Of a stretch of 64,000 nt of DNA, positions 59,654 through 64,000 are shown one piece after another. The position numbers were made by a program, and so were the translations under genes. The notes under the pieces were generated by a model, which was not told the DNA's origin, did not search any database, and was given only the letters and a program-made list of their open reading frames with translations. Location of the stretch: the IMG/VR virus record IMGVR_UViG_3300030330_005091, positions 1 through 64,000 of that record; one strand, written 5' to 3'. The DNA is from a virus (lineage: Duplodnaviria; Caudoviricetes). Numbering within the stretch: the first letter of the stretch is position 1; each line of letters opens with the position of its first letter.

Positions 59654-59911
59654 TTAAATCTCCTGTTCTACTTTAGATACTAATTCTACAAACGTTGCAG
59701 GTAATTGTTCAGTAGTTTTCCATTTGAACCAATACACTTCGAGACAATCATCATTATATGGAATCCATGGTCGCTGATCAAAAACAGATCTTTGTATGTT
59801 AGTGATAATACCATATAGGGGCTCATCTGATATATAAATCCACTCTCTTTCTCTAACAATGTCTCCAACGTTGTATTTTATATATTTTGTTTGCTGACCA
59901 CTTATAGTCAT
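59654..59911 (-). CDS. Small SH3/KOW-like hypothetical protein
   Basis: YNVGDIVRE...YGIITNI...VYWF; the ORF-track N-terminus overlaps tmRNA, so the start was moved to MTISG. Confidence 0.65.
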   Translation of the reverse strand: MTISGQQTKYIKYNVGDIVREREWIYISDEPLYGIITNIQRSVFDQRPWIPYNDDCLEVYWFKWKTTEQLPATFVELVSKVEQEI

Positions 59912-59923
59912 ACCATAAGTAGA

Positions 59924-60255
59924 TGGTGGAGATGGCGGGAGTCGAACCCGCGTCCAAAATAATTCCAATTGTAGTCATTCACAAGCTTATTCAGTTTCTA
60001 TCACAAACTGACAAAGGTAGATGGTTTTAAAATATCGCTTACCATCCTGTTGCGATAAGTTTTTTGATTTTTACAACTTGTCTGTTGTTTTGATTAGATT
60101 GGATAGAAGGCTCTAATCAGCCTCCCTATTAAGCGGCTAAGCGCTGTTCGAAGTGATTGTTGTTGTTTGCAACTATTGTGTTTGAACTGTTAAGGTCGTA
60201 TCTAACCTACTTGCACTATTCCTTTTTATTACCTTGTCGAATCCAAGTCATCCCC
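59924..60255 (-). ncRNA. ssrA: tmRNA (transfer-messenger RNA), one-piece
   Basis: 5' GGGGATGACTTGGATTCGAC; 3' GACGCGGGTTCGACTCCCGCCATCTCCACCA with G3-U70; tag ORF 60170-60129 ANNNNHFEQRLAA*. Confidence 0.96.
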
Positions 60256-60457
60256 GAGATTTTTTAACTATAACACCTAAAGGTTCTGAGTTCTCAGCAT
60301 CTAACCAAATAAATGTTTCTTTTCCTTTTTTTACTTTTTCAGTATTTTTAAATTTTATACTTTTCTTTGCAGCTTTCAGAGCAGCTGCCTCTGTAGAATG
60401 TTTTGAGACTAGTTCACCCATAATATAGTGTCCGTCCCATTTGTAAACTCTCCACAT
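60248..60457 (-). CDS. Small basic hypothetical protein (69 aa)
   Basis: Strong AGGAGG RBS; its TGA stop lies inside the tmRNA 5' end. Confidence 0.75.
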   Translation of the reverse strand: MWRVYKWDGHYIMGELVSKHSTEAAALKAAKKSIKFKNTEKVKKGKETFIWLDAENSEPLGVIVKKSRG

Positions 60458-60474
60458 ATTCCCTCCTAAATTAA

Positions 60475-60597
60475 AAAGCCAGTGCAGTTCTCTTGCTCCC
60501 TGCCTGCTATCCTATAGTTTTGTTTGTTTTAAACTCCACGCTTCGGAGGCACACTAATAGGCATGGTGCCCCACGTTACCATAAGTATACTGGCTTT
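60475..60597 (-). ncRNA. Candidate structured RNA / leader element
   Basis: 9-bp closing stem AAAGCCAGT/ACTGGCTTT enclosing GGCAC/GTGCC, CTCC/GGAG, an A-rich linker and possible loop pairing CCTATTAGT/ACTATAGG; strand uncertain. Confidence 0.4.
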
Positions 60598-60608
60598 ACT
60601 TTCGAATG

Positions 60609-60950
60609 TCAAATATCAATATCAAGTTTTTTGCATGCTATTTTAAACTCACCGTATGTTAAGCCAAGAAATCTAGCAGCATTTTTTTTAGAGTTAGTTG
60701 TTGAAATTGCAAATTTAAGTAGAGCGTCTTTTACAATATATACTGAATTACGCCATATATCTAAACCGTAAAGTCTATTATTTACGTGATTACATGCAAG
60801 TTCTAATTTTACAGCTATCAAGTTTTCTAAACTAATAGAATTGATAGCTACTATGGTTTGATCAGTTAGTAAGTTTTGATCTTTTAAGTTAGTTATTATG
60901 CTAGTGTTACTAGTAGTTGATCTTTTATCTTTAGCTTTCATAACTATCAC
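60609..60950 (-). CDS. Fis-type helix-turn-helix protein
   Basis: C-terminal ...AISTTNSKKNAARFLGLTYGEFKIACKKL. Confidence 0.7.
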   Translation of the reverse strand: MIVMKAKDKRSTTSNTSIITNLKDQNLLTDQTIVAINSISLENLIAVKLELACNHVNNRLYGLDIWRNSVYIVKDALLKFAISTTNSKKNAARFLGLTYGEFKIACKKLDIDI

Positions 60951-60960
60951 TAACTATCAC
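60941..60960. repeat. Perfect 10-bp tandem direct repeat (TAACTATCAC)x2
   Basis: Seen directly; overlaps the start region of the Fis-like gene, just downstream of its promoter. Confidence 0.7.
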
Positions 60961-60976
60961 ATGCCAGCACAACTTT

Positions 60977-61005
60977 AGTTTAATGTTGGTTTGGCATTTT
61001 GTCAA
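60977..61005 (-). promoter_or_regulatory. Sigma70-type promoter (TTGACA-17-TAAACT)
   Basis: -35 at 61000-61005, -10 at 60977-60982; upstream of the Fis-like gene and tmRNA. Confidence 0.75.
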
Positions 61006-61018
61006 GTACTTTTTTTAA

Positions 61019-61819
61019 TTAAATTTCTAAATCAAACTGATCACCAGCTTGTGAAGTTTCATCAGCGTCTTTTTTGGCCATGCTATATGCTTGATTAGTA
61101 GGTTCTTCAACATCTCCAGATAATTCACCCTCAAACTTATCAAAATAAAGCTTTAGATTAGCAATAATATAATCATAAAACAATTCTTGATCATTTGGAT
61201 CACCAAGCAACTCATATGAATCAATTATCGAAGTTTCAATTTTTTTGAACGATTGATAAGCCATATTTCTACCAGTTTCGTCACCATCTACATTTGCGCC
61301 AAACGTGTCACGTGGATCTGGTTCATTATCCTCTTCTTCAGCTTTTTTCTCAGCATCTGTTCGTATATCAATAAACTTGTCATTATCGGGATTATCATCA
61401 CCAATTTGCACGTCAATATCTTCTTCAATATCTAAATCAATTTCTTGCAAGTCAGTAGCATCTTCCGCGGCTGCATCATTATTAGCCTGAGCGGGAGTGA
61501 GAGTATTGACTACAGCGTTGATAATATGTGCTCGAAAAGATTGTCTTTGTTCAGAATTAGTTGTTAAAGACTTGTAATCAGTTTCTAAAACTGGTATAAT
61601 CTTTTTAAGAAGTTCTTCTAGCACGTTAATGCCAGTCGACTTATTGGGGGTTGGATCTACATCTGGCGTAGAAGCTTCCATAATCATTGCTTTTAATTCA
61701 TGTTGAACTAAAGTGCCAACAAGTTTCTCCATTTTTTTGTCTTCAGACAGTTTTTTAGCCTTGACATGTTGTATTAAACGTCTTATATTACTTCTTAGAA
61801 TTTTCTCTTCTTGATTCAT
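61019..61819 (-). CDS. Hypothetical acidic helical protein
   Basis: 266 aa, ATGA-type coupling to the upstream gene. Confidence 0.75.
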   Translation of the reverse strand: MNQEEKILRSNIRRLIQHVKAKKLSEDKKMEKLVGTLVQHELKAMIMEASTPDVDPTPNKSTGINVLEELLKKIIPVLETDYKSLTTNSEQRQSFRAHIINAVVNTLTPAQANNDAAAEDATDLQEIDLDIEEDIDVQIGDDNPDNDKFIDIRTDAEKKAEEEDNEPDPRDTFGANVDGDETGRNMAYQSFKKIETSIIDSYELLGDPNDQELFYDYIIANLKLYFDKFEGELSGDVEEPTNQAYSMAKKDADETSQAGDQFDLEI

Positions 61820-63816
61820 CTTAATATGCCTCTTTCTTTAATTAGTCTTAAGACTTCATTAGCGATAGCTAAATCCTCATCTTTCATAACAATTGGTTTT
61901 CTTTTTTTCTTTGCAGTTTTTTTCTTGGTCTCACCCGACCCAGATCCCAAAGGGACAGATATAGAGCCCCCTTGGACGCTGCCAACACTACCGCCAACGC
62001 CGCCGGCTGTAGCAATTTCATCAACTTTGCCTTCAAGTCCGAGAATTTTTAAAACATTATCGACGTTTTCCTCACCGACAAATTCAGCAATTTCATCACG
62101 ATTGTTTGGATTGCCCAATGCGTTTCTAAAATCCGTAGCACTAAATGGAATATCGTCTTTTCGTTGCATAGGTGTAACAGCAGTTCCTTTAGGTGTCAAT
62201 AATTCTACCCCATCTTTAATATATTTTTCTGCGCCTGTCCATCGCTTCCAATCGCAATCTTTTGCACTACAACCTAATATAACTTTGTCGCCTGTCTTTA
62301 GCGGACCTTCTTCACCAACATATTCATATGCAGCGTTTATAGGTGAGGCATGTGTAGATATTGATATATCAACGTTTGGCAAATCAATAGCTAATAATTT
62401 CCATATTTTAAGAGAATCTTCAGCTGTTATTTCTCTTCCGTTTGGAAGTTTACGTCCTGCTTTAGTTGGTCTAGATATCAAAACCATGACTTCATCAGCG
62501 ATTGCTGCATATTTTCGAACCATGTCTAGGTGTCCGTTGTGAGGTGGTTTAAATGCCCCTGGAACAACAGCGACTGTTTTTGAAAAATCTGAATCTACAA
62601 CTGGATCATCGTCTTCGTCTTCGATTTCAGTTTCATTAACTTGACCAGTAAATTTATCACCTTTATCTATAGCAAAATTTGCTCGACTAAATTCTAATCG
62701 ATCTACAAATTTGACCCCGTTACCAGCATGGTCTACAGCAACGTAGCCTTCTGGGTTTGTAACTACCAAATCTCCCGAGCCGTCATCAACAAAGTGCTTT
62801 GTATTGTAAACAGCGTTGTTATACTTCTGAATAAAAATGTTTTTTGCTTCAAACAAGAGCCGGCTGACTTTAAAGAGATTAACAATGTCTGATTTTTTGT
62901 TACTCATAAGCTGCATTACTTGTCTTGCATTTTCAGTAGCTCTAGTTTTACCTTTTTGACTTTTTAGGTTGTCAATTTTTTTCTGTATTCTGCTTGAATA
63001 CCAATCTAAAAATCCTTGAAAAGATTCTTCAGGATTATCTAAAAATTTGCCAGACTTTATTTCGCTATTGATATAGATGTTTAATAAGTCGGATGGCAAG
63101 TCATCATAATTAATATCGCTATTTATTGCATCAGATTGATTTACTAACTCTCGGACTCTTTCTTCTTCGTCATCTGTAAGCGTCACAGTGCCTGTATCAT
63201 CGGTAAAAAAAGCATCATCATACCAAACGCCTGGAACACTTTTTAGGCCGCTTATATCGGCACCAAAGCTTGCTCCCCCGTCTAAACTATCATACGTTGT
63301 ATGAAATACAATTCCAAATTTAGATTTACCAATTTCTTGACCAAGTTGTGAGTTTACTGGAACTGCATAAACTATTGTATTAGGTTTAAATCTATAGTGA
63401 GGCTCGCCATCAATTTCTACAGTTTCAAGCATTTCATCGTCAAACATAAAATCGCCCTGCAATATCTTATCGATACCAAGAGATGGTAAATATTTTAAAC
63501 CTTTAGTTAATTTGTCGACTAAGCCTGGAGCATGGCCGTGGTTCTTGATTATATCTTCTTCTGTATAATTTATCTTTGGAATTTTGTTAAATATTGATTT
63601 GGTGCCAACAAAAAACTTTCCGTTTTCTGGGTTAACACCAGCAAACATAGCGGGCGCTCCATCCCACTTTACTGAAGTTTGCACTCGGGAATTTGTATTG
63701 CCTTTTAAGGTTTCTAACAATTCTAATAAAAACGCCTTTGCCATATCATAACCAGCAGGCCCTTGAGTCAATACCAGTTCTTCAAGGTGTGTAAGGTGTG
63801 TATTAGCTTTGGCCAT
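61816..63816 (-). CDS. Fusion: ligase-like covalent nucleotidyltransferase domain (DUF6267-like) + HxGH nucleotidyltransferase
   Basis: N-terminal THLEE...VKWDGAP...LQGDFMF...PEGYV...VKFVDR; C-terminal PGAFKPPHNGH...SATDFR. Confidence 0.75.
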   Translation of the reverse strand: MAKANTHLTHLEELVLTQGPAGYDMAKAFLLELLETLKGNTNSRVQTSVKWDGAPAMFAGVNPENGKFFVGTKSIFNKIPKINYTEEDIIKNHGHAPGLVDKLTKGLKYLPSLGIDKILQGDFMFDDEMLETVEIDGEPHYRFKPNTIVYAVPVNSQLGQEIGKSKFGIVFHTTYDSLDGGASFGADISGLKSVPGVWYDDAFFTDDTGTVTLTDDEEERVRELVNQSDAINSDINYDDLPSDLLNIYINSEIKSGKFLDNPEESFQGFLDWYSSRIQKKIDNLKSQKGKTRATENARQVMQLMSNKKSDIVNLFKVSRLLFEAKNIFIQKYNNAVYNTKHFVDDGSGDLVVTNPEGYVAVDHAGNGVKFVDRLEFSRANFAIDKGDKFTGQVNETEIEDEDDDPVVDSDFSKTVAVVPGAFKPPHNGHLDMVRKYAAIADEVMVLISRPTKAGRKLPNGREITAEDSLKIWKLLAIDLPNVDISISTHASPINAAYEYVGEEGPLKTGDKVILGCSAKDCDWKRWTGAEKYIKDGVELLTPKGTAVTPMQRKDDIPFSATDFRNALGNPNNRDEIAEFVGEENVDNVLKILGLEGKVDEIATAGGVGGSVGSVQGGSISVPLGSGSGETKKKTAKKKRKPIVMKDEDLAIANEVLRLIKERGILR

Positions 63817-63998
63817 TATTCATCGCCCTTGTTTTCTTCTAACAATTGCAACTTTTCGTGAAGGTCCATGTTTTCATTCATAATTCTGCGCGCATACTTT
63901 CGCACTTCGCGAATGTGTTGCTTTGCAAGCTGGAGTCTTCTTTTTTCCGAGACTGTTCGAGGTTTGAGATTGGAAATTATTTCTTGGAGACCTTGGAT
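63816..63998 (-). CDS. Hypothetical protein, N-terminus outside the window
   Basis: Open frame ...IQGLQEIISNLKPRT...EENKGDE*, with TAATG coupling to the next gene. Confidence 0.65.
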   Translation of the reverse strand: MQGLQEIISNLKPRTVSEKRRLQLAKQHIREVRKYARRIMNENMDLHEKLQLLEENKGDE

Positions 63999-64000
63999 AT

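Noticed and set aside
59912-59968. N-terminal extension MELFWTRVRLPPSPP of ORF 59654..59968
   Set aside because: This is translation of the tmRNA T-arm and acceptor stem.
61811-62542. 243-aa plus-strand ORF, and the many other plus-strand ORFs across the window
   Set aside because: Antisense to well-supported minus-strand genes, with no RBS or motifs and the Ser/Phe/Ile-rich composition typical of shadow frames.

Overview
AT-rich, gene-dense segment of a large contractile-tailed (myovirus/jumbo-like) phage genome. Essentially all real genes lie on the minus strand and read in the standard code. Left to right: (i) 1-32.8 kb is a virion/baseplate module with very large hypothetical structural proteins, a 3936-aa multi-LamG protein, gpJ/gp6-like and gp25-like baseplate wedges, a gp5-like hub and a lambda-R-like muramidase. 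(ii) 32.9-34.7 kb holds a gp55-like sigma factor and small genes. (iii) 34.7-51.5 kb is a ~24-gene glycan cluster: epimerase, SIS-HAD fusion, HpcH aldolase, CMP-ulosonate synthetase, Gmd, a short DegT, cupins, C- and O-methyltransferases, a GT42/Maf-like transferase and GT4s. (iv) 51.5-64 kb is an accessory region with an Fe-S PD-(D/E)XK nuclease, a zincin, PIN-PhoH, HNH, a vWA lipoprotein, a Fis-like HTH and a ligase-like/HxGH fusion, plus a dense RNA locus. That locus contains tRNA-Thr(UGU), tRNA-Asn(GUU), an atypical 93-nt long-variable-arm GUU tRNA, a complete tmRNA (tag ANNNNHFEQRLAA), an unannotated 20-aa 9-Cys micropeptide and two candidate structured RNAs. The best candidates for something new are: this RNA/translation-rescue locus, including ORFs whose stop codons sit inside RNA genes; a virion glycosylation system with a possible [ST]-[GAS]-S sequon; and the ligase-like/HxGH fusion. 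All family assignments come from motif recognition by eye, not from database searches.
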